Translations under genes and position numbers: made by a program | Assembly (NCBI GenBank): GCA_025201805.1 | Contig: MU619237.1 | Coordinates: forward strand, 124,001 to 188,000 | Source: Parasitella parasitica NRRL 2501 | Taxonomy: Eukaryota; Fungi; Mucoromycota | Reading direction: 5' to 3' | Length of the DNA: 64,000 nucleotides | Shown: piece by piece, positions 12,301 through 24,300 of the stretch | Layout: every line of letters starts with the position of its first letter | Numbering within the stretch: position 1 is the stretch's first letter | Notes under the pieces: generated by a model | Seen by the model: only the letters and a program-made list of their open reading frames with translations | Told to the model about the DNA's origin: nothing | Databases searched by the model: none

Positions 12301-15300
12301 GTCAAAAGTATACAGTAAGTGTGACACATGTGCTAGCCAGCATGAAATGGATCTTGACGTGAGTTTGCACTAGAATTGGAGAGGATAATTGGAGAGTCAT
12401 GACATCGCCAGGATCTTGCTTGTTGAACGCTAGACAGTTTGTTGCGGTCATCCGTATCATGGAATGTGCAAAAGATTATCTCACTATTACAGAAACTGCA
12501 CTGTGGGCGTTGGAAAAATCGGATGACCCAGTGCTGTATCCCTACATTATCGATTGTCTTCGAAAGTATTCAAATTATTGGAAGTTGACCAATAGTGGAA
12601 CTAGAGTCGCCAGCGCAGTATGGGCAAAGGTAATGGATAAGGGCTCCCTGCCGCACGGATAACTCTCAACTAACACGCGGTAATTGGTAGCATCTGCACT
12701 TGGCAAATCGTGGAAACAGAGAGCGATGCATCATGATGTACATGGTCCAGCTTATCCAAGAGGGAAGCCAAATGGATGACCTTGTTAGAGCCCAGCTGAA
12801 GCAGGATTTACAGGTTAAATCAAAGCTTAGAGGGCGTTATACCAACAGTGTATCTGTAAAAGATGAATTGATACAATTAGCCAAGGAGCCTGCCACCTCC
12901 TCTCTCCAAATGGTTTCAGAATCCCTGAGCGTGCCATCTCAAAATGCCACCGGCTGGCTCGGTGCCATCTTGGAAAGTGCAGGCCAAGTGCTTCGCATGG
13001 TTGCCAAGGAAAAACACATTGCTGAACTGGCCAGAGCGCACCAGACGCAATTGTCTCCGGCACTGTATGATTTCCATAGAATCGTGCGAGCATTTGCTAA
13101 AATACTCAAAGATGTTTCCAACCACACCACATTGACGGGGCAAGCAGATGAGGCAGTGACCCATTGGCTCTGCAATAACGAGATTGTGGCTCTAGACATG
13201 AACGAGGAATGCTCATGGGTGCCCTTTTTTGTCGCTATCCTTGTCGCCTACAATGTCATTAGCCTCAGCAATGTTGTCAAGGAATTTGCCTTGCCTTGGT
13301 TTGAACAAGTTGGCCATGACGGCCAGCAGCACTACGGAGCAGAGGAAAGCAAACTGGTTATTTCATGTCAAAATCTGATTTGCCTTATCCGTTTATTGAT
13401 CATCCAGAGCAGCAACCAGCCCAGAACAGAGGATGAATCCGCCCCTGTGCATTGGCAGCTGCGAATCGAAGACTTTTACCGACTCGAAGTGCAGCGGCAG
13501 TCGCAGCTGGCGAGCAGTCTGGACCGCATTGAACCCATGTTTGGATTGATGGAGCGGTTGGTGATGATTGCTACCAATCTCCCTCTCAGCTCCAGTCTTT
13601 TGCAGGATTTGGTAATGCTCCGTGCTGACCTTCTACAGATTACCTGGTTTCGACAGGCATGTCTTCGTGACCTGAATGGCGTTTATCAGCGTTTCGCAGC
13701 CAGAGAAGCTGAAGCAACAATGGAAAAGCGCATGAAGAAGAAGATGCTGAATATCGTGGACGAGCTGATAGGAGGCAACAACCTTGCTGGTGAAAGACAA
13801 GGTGCTATTGTGCAGGATACGACGCCCGATTTCGTAGACAAACTTCATAGAGTGTTTTTGAATGTTAGCCAGTGGAACGAAGCGCAGTGCCGTGTGCAGG
13901 TCAACCTTTTGCTGGACAATATCTCGTTGTCGGATGGCCATTCGCAAAACCCCAACAATCCACACATCTTGGGCGATGATGTATCCATGGACATGGCTCC
14001 AGCAGAATTGGTGTCTTCATCAAATAAGGATTTGCAGTCGTTTGTCTTGTTTTTCTACAGTGTTGTTCTAGCAGACGGCAAAGAAGCCTCAGATCCATTC
14101 GAAGCTCAGCGGCGATTCCAGTTTTTCAAAAACCTGATCCATGAATTACGGGAGCCTGTGCTTCTGGAGCTTTTGCATCATGGCGCACGACTGCTCGAAG
14201 GAGATGCGACACAGAGTTTCCCTGACAATGTGCTGCTGATGCAACCCACAGACCCCGGAAGCCAATTTGATTCTCTAAAGTTCGCATATCGTAGCCAAGC
14301 ATTTTTGAACATCACTCAGCATATGCTGGCTGAAAATGTGTGGTCTAATGAAAAGAAGATCGAGCTTGTCAAGACTGTGTTTGGCCAGATTACTCGTTTC
14401 AAAAATGGCCTTTTTATCTACAGAGTAATGCAGGGCGCAAACGTGTGCTACGCTGATGCTGCTAATGCACTTCAATTGGTCAAGAATAACGTAGACATGG
14501 CGATTTCACTGCTTGTGACAGAGGGGCTTGCAGAGGCCACAAGCGAAGAGACTGCCAAGGATTTAAAACTGTCGATCCAAGATATCAGAAATAGGTAACG
14601 TATCTGTTGTGTGTCTATCTGTAGGCCGACCAAGATTACTGACAAAAATGCAACGTACAGTCTTTTGATCCGACTGCGACTCGTGGTGCCGTTTGCTTCG
14701 CTTATTTGGGAGCATCCCAAAGGAGACGAATGCGGCATCTTGGATTGGATCAGAGTTCTTGTCCCATTGTTAGGCGTAAGTAATCTTACAGAGACGTTCT
14801 AATTGGATGCTTTGTGTATTGACGTCTTTTATTGTGTAGAACCCCATTGTGCATGGTAATGGTAGTCAAGAACGATTTTTTGAATTTGTATTGGATTTTG
14901 TCTCATTGTTGATTGATGGTAAAAAAGAAGGAAGATTGCTGCCCAAATCAAATATTAGCATCTAACATCTTCACACTGTTGTAGAGCTTCCAAAGGAGTT
15001 GAAGAAATCCAGCTTGACGTTGTTAGGGTCTATGCACAGTGAGTTGACATCTGTGCCAGCCATGTTCCATAGCCGTGTCAAACGCATCATGCCTTTCTTG
15101 ACACACAACGTCTACTTGGCCAATACCAAATTAGCATCGTCCATGCTCGGACTACCCTCTACCAACGACCCTCAACAGCAGCAGCAGCATTTAGAATCAT
15201 GCTTGGAGCAAAGCAAGCCATGGGAGTGGCTTGAGGACTATGTGAGTGAGCCCCCTCACGATAATGATGCACCCATTAGTTTGAGTCTGTTCAATGCGAG

Positions 15301-15553
15301 GAAATCCAAGCGAGTTGACAGCACTTATGTCCGCTGGTTTAAATTTGGCTTTGACGAGGGACCCTCAGCATCATCAAAGCGACGTCCCTTGAATGAGGAC
15401 GCCAGTCATATTTCCATGATTGAGTTGGATAGAAAGAGGGATGAGACGGTGGATGAAAACGGCTTTATGTTCATTGTAGACGATGATGATAAAATGGACA
15501 ATAGTAATTTCAAAAAGCGAAAAGTGGAGATGGAAGAAGGCGAACTGCCCTGA
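9396..15553 (+). CDS. MED12: Mediator CDK8-module subunit Med12 (Srb8), multi-exon
   Basis: Med12 signature WMQELAGGVVPLRKLARNVPHGFKGEKLLETLAAKQVPFLRATWYIKIVG; W.Y..RLA...Y.EGLLD...FL.W; LFDVLIRMQLFSYQKYLLRLIARGD; C-terminal KPWEWLE. Start at ATG 9396 is inferred from a short first exon. Confidence 0.92.
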
Positions 15554-15742
15554 TAATACATAACACCTTTATAAATATATACTACACATCGTAATATAAA
15601 TGATATATACCTTCTTTTTTTTTTTATTGATGTTATTATATAGAAGTAAAAACTTTTGTTTATATGTATATATATATGTATTTATGTATGTTATACATAC
15701 ACACACATCGAACAACACTGCTACTCTTTGATTATGTATTAA

Positions 15743-18178
15743 TTAATATGGACTTTGCAGATTATTGTTGTTGGAGTATATAATCAAGGGCAGATTATGT
15801 TGCAGATATTGCTGTTGTTGTGGGTATTGCTGTTGCTGTGAGTATTTCTGCGGATATTGCTGTGGATATTGCTGTGGATATTGCTGTTGTAGATATTGGT
15901 AGGAATATGTTTGGTTGGGCGGGCTAATGACTTGCTGCTGTAACGGTTGGTATATGTTATATGGCATAGTAGCGCTGCTGTAAGCGTAGTTGGAAGGCGC
16001 TGTTACTTGATGGGATGTTGCGTTCGACGTATTTTGGGCAGCATTTACCATAAGCTGGTGTCCATACTGTGTCATGTACGGATTTTGCGAGGTGTAATTT
16101 TGACTGTACACGTTTTTCGCATTGTTGTTTGCATTGACAATTTCAAGGATCGAGTCTTTCAGTGCGCTCAACTGCTGCTGTTTGTGCTGATCAGTCAAGA
16201 GAGATGTGGAGTCTGGTCGGGTCTGGTGTAAAAAGGCTACTTTTCTGTCGAGCGTATTCTCTTGATGTCGCTGCGTTGGAGAGGAAATGGAAGGGATGAT
16301 CGTGATGGGCGAAGTGCTCTTTTGATGTTTTTTGAGAATCGACTTGAGAGGAGGAGAAGTTTTTGGTGCTTTCGTAGATGTCTGTTGAGGTGCTCCTGTT
16401 GCATTGGGGGATGTTGGTCCTTTTTGCTGGAGATTTATCTGTGAGCTATTTGGCGTCAGAATATCCGGGCTGTCCTCTGTTGTGCGAGATGTGTTCAACG
16501 AAGATGATGATACTGCAGCTTTTGCTAACGAGGCGCATATTATTTCAGAAGTGAGAGTTGCTGTACTCTTTGGCAATTCCTGTGTTACAGGTGGCCCAGT
16601 CGAAATGCTGTGGTTAAGGGAGGGTCGCACAGCTTTTTTACCCGTAGTAGATATAATAAATGGGTGTAGTAGTGCCATCTTGGGTGTAAATCGTCTATTT
16701 GGATCGAAAACCAAGATGTTCTTTAAGAAATCGTATAGGTTTTCTTTGTCTACTGTGTCTATGGAGCCCAGAGGCAATTAATATAATGGAATGGTCTAAT
16801 GTACATTTGCTATAGTTACCTTGATCTTTATTGTCTTCGTCGTACTCGTCATTTGATGCCAGCCCCATGATTCTTTCTCTAAGTGGAGTGCTGTTTACAG
16901 CCGAGTCATGAGGTGGCTGGACTAGTGTTTTAAGCTTTATTAGGCCATTTGGGCCTCTCCTTGATTCAAAAAATCTGCTGGACTTTTTCCCTTTTTTAAG
17001 CATGTCATTTGGCGGTGCGCATCTAGATCAAAGGGTAATTGACTTTAGTTTTATCTGCATACTTTGAGAAAAAAATGTGTGTGCAACTTACTTTAAGCAG
17101 TTTACCCACATATGTACCAAAGTGGCTTCGTTCCCGCTTGGAAACAGCGGTTTTCCTGTATACAATTCGGCTACGAAACATCCAAAAGACCACATATCGA
17201 TGGCGCAGGTAATTCCTGCTTGTAGAATAACCTCAGGTGATCGATAAAATGCTGTTTGAATGCAGTAATTTTCTTTTTCGTTTTCCATTACTGCTGATCC
17301 ATAATCGACTAGCTTGACATCATGAACATCATCAAATCTACGTAGAGCCAAACTTTAATCAAGCTGCATTAACCAAATTGAAATTATCCTCACTCACCTC
17401 TTTAGCAAAATATTGTCAGGCTTCAGATCGGTATGAATGATTTTCATGTCTTTTAGTAAAGCTAATGTTTCCAAAATGTTGAATGATATTTTCTGAATGT
17501 CCTGGATGGCCAAATTTGGTTTTCCAATTCGTTGATTTAATACCTTGTCCAAGCTGATCGATAGCAACTCAAAAACAGCGCACAGATGTCCCTTGAATGT
17601 GAAACATCGCCGCAGTTGTAGGAATCTATCTTTCTCGTTAGGTCTACGTTGAAGCTTTTCAAAAGGTGTTAATTAACTCAATTTTTGGGTTTGTTTGCTA
17701 CTAATAATTAATTATCAATCTACCTGGCTTAGTATAGCAATCTCTTTTTCTCCCTGGCTAAGGTATGGGAATTGATTTTTGATGACTTTGATGGCGACAA
17801 GTTCTCCGGTTCTTATTGTTCTACACTTTACAACCTGTCCGAATGTTCCTTGACCCATGAGATCCAGTATTTCGTACCTTAATTTGGAATGTAATAGTTA
17901 GCCTCGTTGTAAAATCATCACAAGCCAATTCGCTCATACTTTTCGATGTCGCCTAGAATGTCTTTTACTCTAAGGATGTAGTCGTCTTGGATATTGTCAA
18001 AGCCATTGTTTTTTGACGGTTCTCGCGGATGTGTGAGGGTCCTTCTGGGTACATGTAACAAAGTTGATTTAAATGCTGGATTTATGGATTCAATAACTTG
18101 GTGATATTGTAAAGTTGCTCTTTTTAATACGCTGTAACAAGGCGCAAATCTAGATCGAGGAGTTGTTTGTTTGTTCAT
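15743..18178 (-). CDS. CMGC/DYRK-family Ser/Thr kinase, Yak1-like (divergent), with Q/Y/P-rich C-terminal tail
   Basis: DH-box-like NNGFDNIQDDYILRVKDIL; GQGTFGQV; VAIKVIK; HTDLKPDNILL; DYGSA; FYRSPEVIL; IDMWSFGC; DPNRRFTPKMALLHPFI. Multi-exon; start uncertain. Confidence 0.9.
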
Positions 18179-18562
18179 AGTACGGTATCGGACAAATCCT
18201 CTGCGTGTAACTGATAAACGACCACTACTAGCTGATTTTAGAAATACCGATTAATGACCATACTCAAGAGCTTTTATGTACAATTTTTTTTATTCAACCT
18301 GGTATTATCGATTCATGGACAACCTCTAATGCATTGATGAATGAATCTGAATTGTGCATTTCAAATCAAAAGCTTTATTTGATAGATTGAACAATAGTAA
18401 AATTCAGGTACCGGATGGGAACAAAAAAGGAAAGAAGAAAAAGCGAAGAAAAGAGCATAGTTTATAACATGATTACATTTGTTATTTTATAGTATCCAAA
18501 AAAGGTACAGAGGAAATTATTTAGTGAATAATGAGAAAAAAAAAAAAGAAAAAAAAGGAAGA

Positions 18563-19420
18563 TTAACGCAAATCTTCAGAATCTATGCCCTTTTTAATCT
18601 TTAATAACATTGCAGTTTTCCACGGATCTAATCTTGTTAGTTTGTCGTAATCTGCAACCCGTTGAGTAAAGACATCGACATCTCCTTGATTTATACATTC
18701 AACTATGTCTTTTAATAACGCACACTCACGAGAGGATTCAAATGACATGTCCATGTTGCAATAATTTGCAAGTGCCTTCTCTGTTTTGACCACATCATTA
18801 GTGCACAAATGACATAAACCAGCTCTGAACCAATATTCTTTCAAGGACCATTTCAATAGCGGGTCATCAATCGATGCTGTTGCAACCTGTTCGTATTTTT
18901 CCAAGGCAACATCGTACATTTCCAAATTGGCTGCAATTTCAGCTACTTTGAGCAGGCACTTGTTAGAAAGACTACAATAAACCATATTAGACTTCACTTT
19001 GTACCACTATATTTATAATGATAAATTACGCGGGCGAGTCGTCAGCGTTATAAAGTTCTGCTGCTTTTGCATATGCTTCATAAGCTTCCTTAGGGCGCTC
19101 AAGTTTAGTTTCGCACAATTCTGCAATGTCTTGATTGTGTCTCGCAGCTGCTCTAAAGTTACCTCCTTCTTGATCGAGCACAATAGCTTCTCTCAAAGCA
19201 TTCACAGCAGCTAAAGCGTATAATAAGTATGCTTCATCTACCTCAGTACCGATACAATCTCGTTCATACCTGCAGGGTCGCTCTTCTTGTAGCTTTTAGC
19301 AGCATTATCGTATGCTCTAGATCCTTCAAATTTAGCACAGTTACCACGTTGAAATAGCTTAGCTGCTTCGATAAATGCTTCACCAGCGTTTTCCCCTATT
19401 TTTTTTTTTTTTTTTTTTTT

Positions 19421-19460
<40 letters not shown>

Positions 19461-19612
19461 TTACATTGTTGAGCGAGCTTGAACATATTTCCGGCCTTTT
19501 CATAAAGCTCTGCTGCGTCTTCGTATTTGTTAGACGGGCCAAAAAAAGACCAAGAATTGAGCTTCTTTTGTGCTTGATCGATTAAGTCTCTGGCTTGTTT
19601 TTCAGATGACAT
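18563..19612 (-). CDS. SEC17: Alpha-soluble NSF attachment protein (alpha-SNAP)
   Basis: AQKKLNSWSFFGPSNKYEDAAELYEKAGNMFK; LLKWSLKEYWFRAGLCHL; YDKLTRLDPWKTAMLLKIKK...EDLR C-terminus. Confidence 0.95.
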
Positions 19613-20684
19613 GATTTAATAGTTGAAACAGTAAAAAAAAAAGAGAAGAGATGTATCTGTTATTTCACACAAACAAAACAGCAAAAGATGCAAATCCGCA
19701 CATTGTTCGTGACTGGGCGAAACCATGAACGAGGAAAAGAAGTGGTACAGTGATTTGCGTAAATCAATACTTCTTGTTGTGATATATATTTATAGCTCAT
19801 CCATAATGCGACACTTTGGAAATCGTTTTTTTTTTTTTTTTTTTTTTGATAGATTCAACTTTCGCAGCGTTTCGCGATAAATGCTTTTGCTGCTTCTTGT
19901 ATTCAATTAGCAATCATTTTGTTCTTCGCAAGCGATGGTTATTTTTTTTTTTTTACTCTTGACCTGCATTTCTTAATAGGATTTGACATGTATAAATTAG
20001 AGAGTAAAAACTAAGCATTATGCCCACTATCATCAATTGCTTTCAGGACTTTTAGTGTTTTGTAAATGGCAGCACTGTTATGAATAATTCTCTTATCTTC
20101 AAATTTTTGTTTTCATTTTTTCTCTACCTTCAAGGCTCAACTCCTCATGGTATGCCATATATTGAAATCGTGTTGTGCTATTTTTTTAACATTATGCCTA
20201 AAGCTTTACTCAAAAATCATTTAATCAAAAGTCAAATAGGTCTTATAAGCGATCTATTCGTACATCATACGAGGGTGTCGCTAATTGATTAAAATAAATG
20301 GACAAGTGGATAGTTAGACTGTAGAGAGTATCTTCAAATAATGCATGGTGATACACACATCAAATGTGCAACAATCATTTACTGAAATCCTTACGTCAAT
20401 GTCATACTATTTCACAAAAAAACAAGCCGTATAAATATAATATAATATAGCTAATACAGTAGTTACTTATCTTGGCTACTTTGCTACAGCAACCGTTCCT
20501 AGATCGGATCTAATGTTTAATGTCGGTGTAAAAATAGAAGAGTTAATCATAAAATAGCAAGTGTAAGAAACCATCTCCTCTATCTTGGTTTTCCTGCTTA
20601 TGCTGAGCTTATCAAGATGACCCAAACATCCAGAATGATTAGACGATTAAAAACAAATAGGCCCTGTTATATTAATAACGCTAA

Positions 20685-21360
20685 AAAATAACTGGTTTTG
20701 CATATAACTTTGGATAGACACATCGCCCAGTGGAAAGCAAGCTATGCTCATCGTATAGTGATAATCATGCCTATTCTTATAGCGCATAATACAATGTTTA
20801 TTTTGCTCTGTATCGAATACTGTCAGCGATTATACGCAATTTTGATATGTAAATTTGTGATATCAACTGATAACTTTATGGATGTCGATAAAAACATGAA
20901 TGCCAATGCTGTCTCCAGATAACGTCAAGTCAACGCTAAGCTTTCCAAGTTAGATCTCGGTTCTACGGTCATTTTAGCAGAATTTATGAGCAAATATCTG
21001 ATATTTATGATAAATATTGAAAAATAAAAGTATTTTTGCAGATAACTTTTGATAGAGACATTGCCCAGTGGACACCAAGTTATGCTCAGATAGCGATGAT
21101 CATGTCTGTTCTTATGGCGCATAAGACAGTGTTTATTTTGCTGTCTATGGAAAAGCCTATGATCGATTATATGTAATTCTGATATGTAAATTTGTGATAT
21201 CATTTGATAACTTTATAGATATCGATGAAAACATAGATACCAATGTTGTTTCCAGATAGCGCCAAGTCAACGCTAAGCTTTCCAAGTTAGGTCTCGGTCT
21301 TACGATAACTTTAGCAGAAGAAGTAGTTATAGTGAGCAAATATCTGATATTTATGATTGT
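20685..21360 (+). repeat. Tandem repeat, two ~337-bp units (family also at 47090-47660)
   Basis: Anchor GCCCAGTGGA at 20725 and 21063; CAACGCTAAGCTTTCCAAGTTAG at 20931 and 21268; the units align colinearly by eye. Confidence 0.9.
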
Positions 21361-24300
21361 TGTTGATCTGCCATAATTTAAGACTTAGGATATCATAATA
21401 ATGTACTTCAATTGAAGATTGGTAATTGTCTAATAGTGTGTTATACTTGTCGAAACAGGGGAATAAAGTCTCACTGTTTTCAAATCAAGAAGGTTTTCTG
21501 TAACACAGACCTATAGTATTACTGATAAACATAAAGGTACTGGCAGATCAAAAAAGATGATTAGACTTGTATTATAACAATACATTGTATCCTGTCAAGG
21601 ACACTTGTTACTGTGCAATCGGTATAGAATGTTATATAAATTCTACACTAAAAAATTAAAACAAAAAAACAACAATAAATGTCAACTTGATAAAGGTATA
21701 GGTTTTGTTATTAAATTGTCAGGTAGTGTATAAAACTCCAGTTCATCTACTAGCCAGGTAGATAAACCTTTATATACTTAAGCTATAGATGAATTTTCTA
21801 ATATCATAATTTAACGTATACAACAATTCTGATTAATTAGCATTTTAAATTTCGTGCTAAACGACATCTTTACAAACTAAAAAAATAACTTAGACCTATC
21901 TAAGTCAGTGGATAGATTTTACGTGAGATATCTTGATCAATCTTCCATACGAAGATTATTAATATCAATCTATAAGCGTATATCATTTCTGGTATAGACT
22001 TATATAGTCTATATTAATAGTACATGATGTCTGAGTATCTATCACTTGGTAAATTCATCTTTTTAGCAGATATTTGTATACGCAGCATGTCTATAGCATT
22101 TTGTGAGCATATCTCTAGCATTGCACATATTTTACAACTCTATAGTACATAGTGTATCTGTAGCTAGTATCATGGATAAGTATATGTCTCGTAGTGCGTA
22201 TCTGGAAACTGGTAATACACATCTTAAACATAGATCTTGTAAGACATAATAAGCTCGTAGTGCATACTAGATTTAATAAACGTCTAAGTCTTGTGTCGAG
22301 ATGTAAGTATAAGTCTATAGCATTATCCATCACGATGGTGCCATCTCTAGGCTATTTCCTATATAGTATAAATCTGCATTGTACATCTTATTAACAGTAC
22401 ACATATGTAGTCTATATCAATATAAGATAACTGGATAAATATAGAAGTGGAATGCAGATCATTATAGATTGAATGTATTTCGCAGGTACAACAGGTGCTT
22501 ATACGTATTTAATTTTAGAAAATTTGTGTGTTTTTTGACAGATAATAAGTAATGTCAAAAACATGATCTAGTTGTATTCAAATTGGGGTTTGTAGATTTA
22601 ACCGATATAGAAGCCTCCACCATCAATAATCAATAAAATGTTTAGTTTTGTTCATAATAACACATTTATATGACAGCTTCAGGTTGGCAGCTTTTTTCAT
22701 GCAAATGGCAATATTGGCTTAAAATTTTATTGACTTTTTGACATTTAACTAAAAACTCGTAGCTTGATTCTCTTTTTAAGCCCTGAAACTGCAAAATAAG
22801 TACCTAATTAAGGAGTGTGTGATGTATGCTTTACTTAATACCCCTATGAAGGCACTATAAAATACATTACTGAGTGAAAACCATGATTTTTAATCATCAA
22901 TTTACATAAATTATCTCAAATCCGGTCTCAAAACGAAGTTTTTGTATGGTTTATATTAGTCAAAAATATTCCATTCAATTTAATTTGGATATACCATTGC
23001 AGTGTTAGGTATTATTATACGATACATGGACTTTTAGACGAAATAAGCAATCTCCTGCAAGCTTTATTGCTTGAGAATTTTACTATTGGAAACATAAAGT
23101 GATATTTCAAAAACTTACTTGATTTTACAATGTTTGCTATTCAAATAATATTCTTTAGAGATATGAACGAAAAAATCAAATAAATCTGATAACTTTTTTA
23201 AGGTCAAATTAGCTTATGACAACTCTACATTTTATTTTCAATGAAAGCTTAATAAATATACGCTGCTATAGCGTGTATATCATAAAATTTAGAGCACTTC
23301 AAAGTATTGTTTATTTCCGTAAGTAGTCTGCTTGTCGAAGAAAGTTGTGGTATACGATAATTAAATAATAAAGGGCTTCGACATACGAAAAGTAATGGAT
23401 TAACAACGAACATCGGACAGGAAATCAATACTACATTAAATCATCAATTCCAATAGCCCGTTCCAAGTCTCGAAATAATATGAATCTGAAATTCAGATTT
23501 GAGCTGTCGACAGGATAATGAATGCCTCATGAAGAGGATCCTGCAGAATGAAAAATAATAATAAGATGCTCAAGTGTTCCATAAAACGTCTGAGGCGGCA
23601 CCAACCATCAAAAATAGCGGACCAGAGCTGTAGATTTCGACATGAATTTTGTTATTAAACTACTTCCACTCATCTGAAAATACTGAAGCCATTGCTAGCC
23701 CATTTTCAAAAGCATTCAAACCTTTCCATTCATACCCAATTTTTGTAAAAAGAAAAGTTAATAATCTTTATTAGTCTTTGTTTTTGTATAATGGTGCTCT
23801 GCATGAAATAATCTTCAAGATGATAGGAATCAATGCCCCTCATATCACCTTAACGGAGCAAACCACATGTATTCACATGTGGTATACACTCGAATGGTCT
23901 TAAACCAATTTGCAAATGCCAATAATGAAATCCAAGGAAATGACATGGAATTTGAAGCATAAAGGAAAAGTAACATGCTATAAAACTGTGCACGGTACAC
24001 TTGGAATAAAAACGTCCATTGCCTTTAGAATCCAGTGTAAAGCTGCGTCTACTTTACACTCCTTTTTACCTGCTGGTCTCACTTTAGTTGATATGATGTG
24101 AAAATAAAAACTTATTATATTTTTCGTATGCAAATGCATCAATTACCAACTACGAGTCGTCAAAAGTCATTTGGCACAATTTTGATAAATCAGCCATATA
24201 AATGTTATAAACCAGGTCATCCAAGCTGTGTATGTGCTACATTGGAAACACTTTTGCTTTTATTGTACAGTAAGATGATTACAAAAAAACTGTGTGTAAC

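Noticed and set aside
20685-21360. CRISPR-like array interpretation of the repeats
   Set aside because: The units are long (~337 bp) and contiguous with no unique spacers; the context is eukaryotic and has no cas genes.
21363-21551. Perfect 11-bp inverted repeat TTGATCTGCCA/TGGCAGATCAA enclosing 189 bp (MITE-like)
   Set aside because: No target-site duplication and no second copy in the window; compatible with chance.
22115-22350. Minus-strand IVMDNA peptide resembling a Tc1/IS630 DDE motif
   Set aside because: The following residues lack the expected xxH and no other DDE motifs are visible; too short to support.
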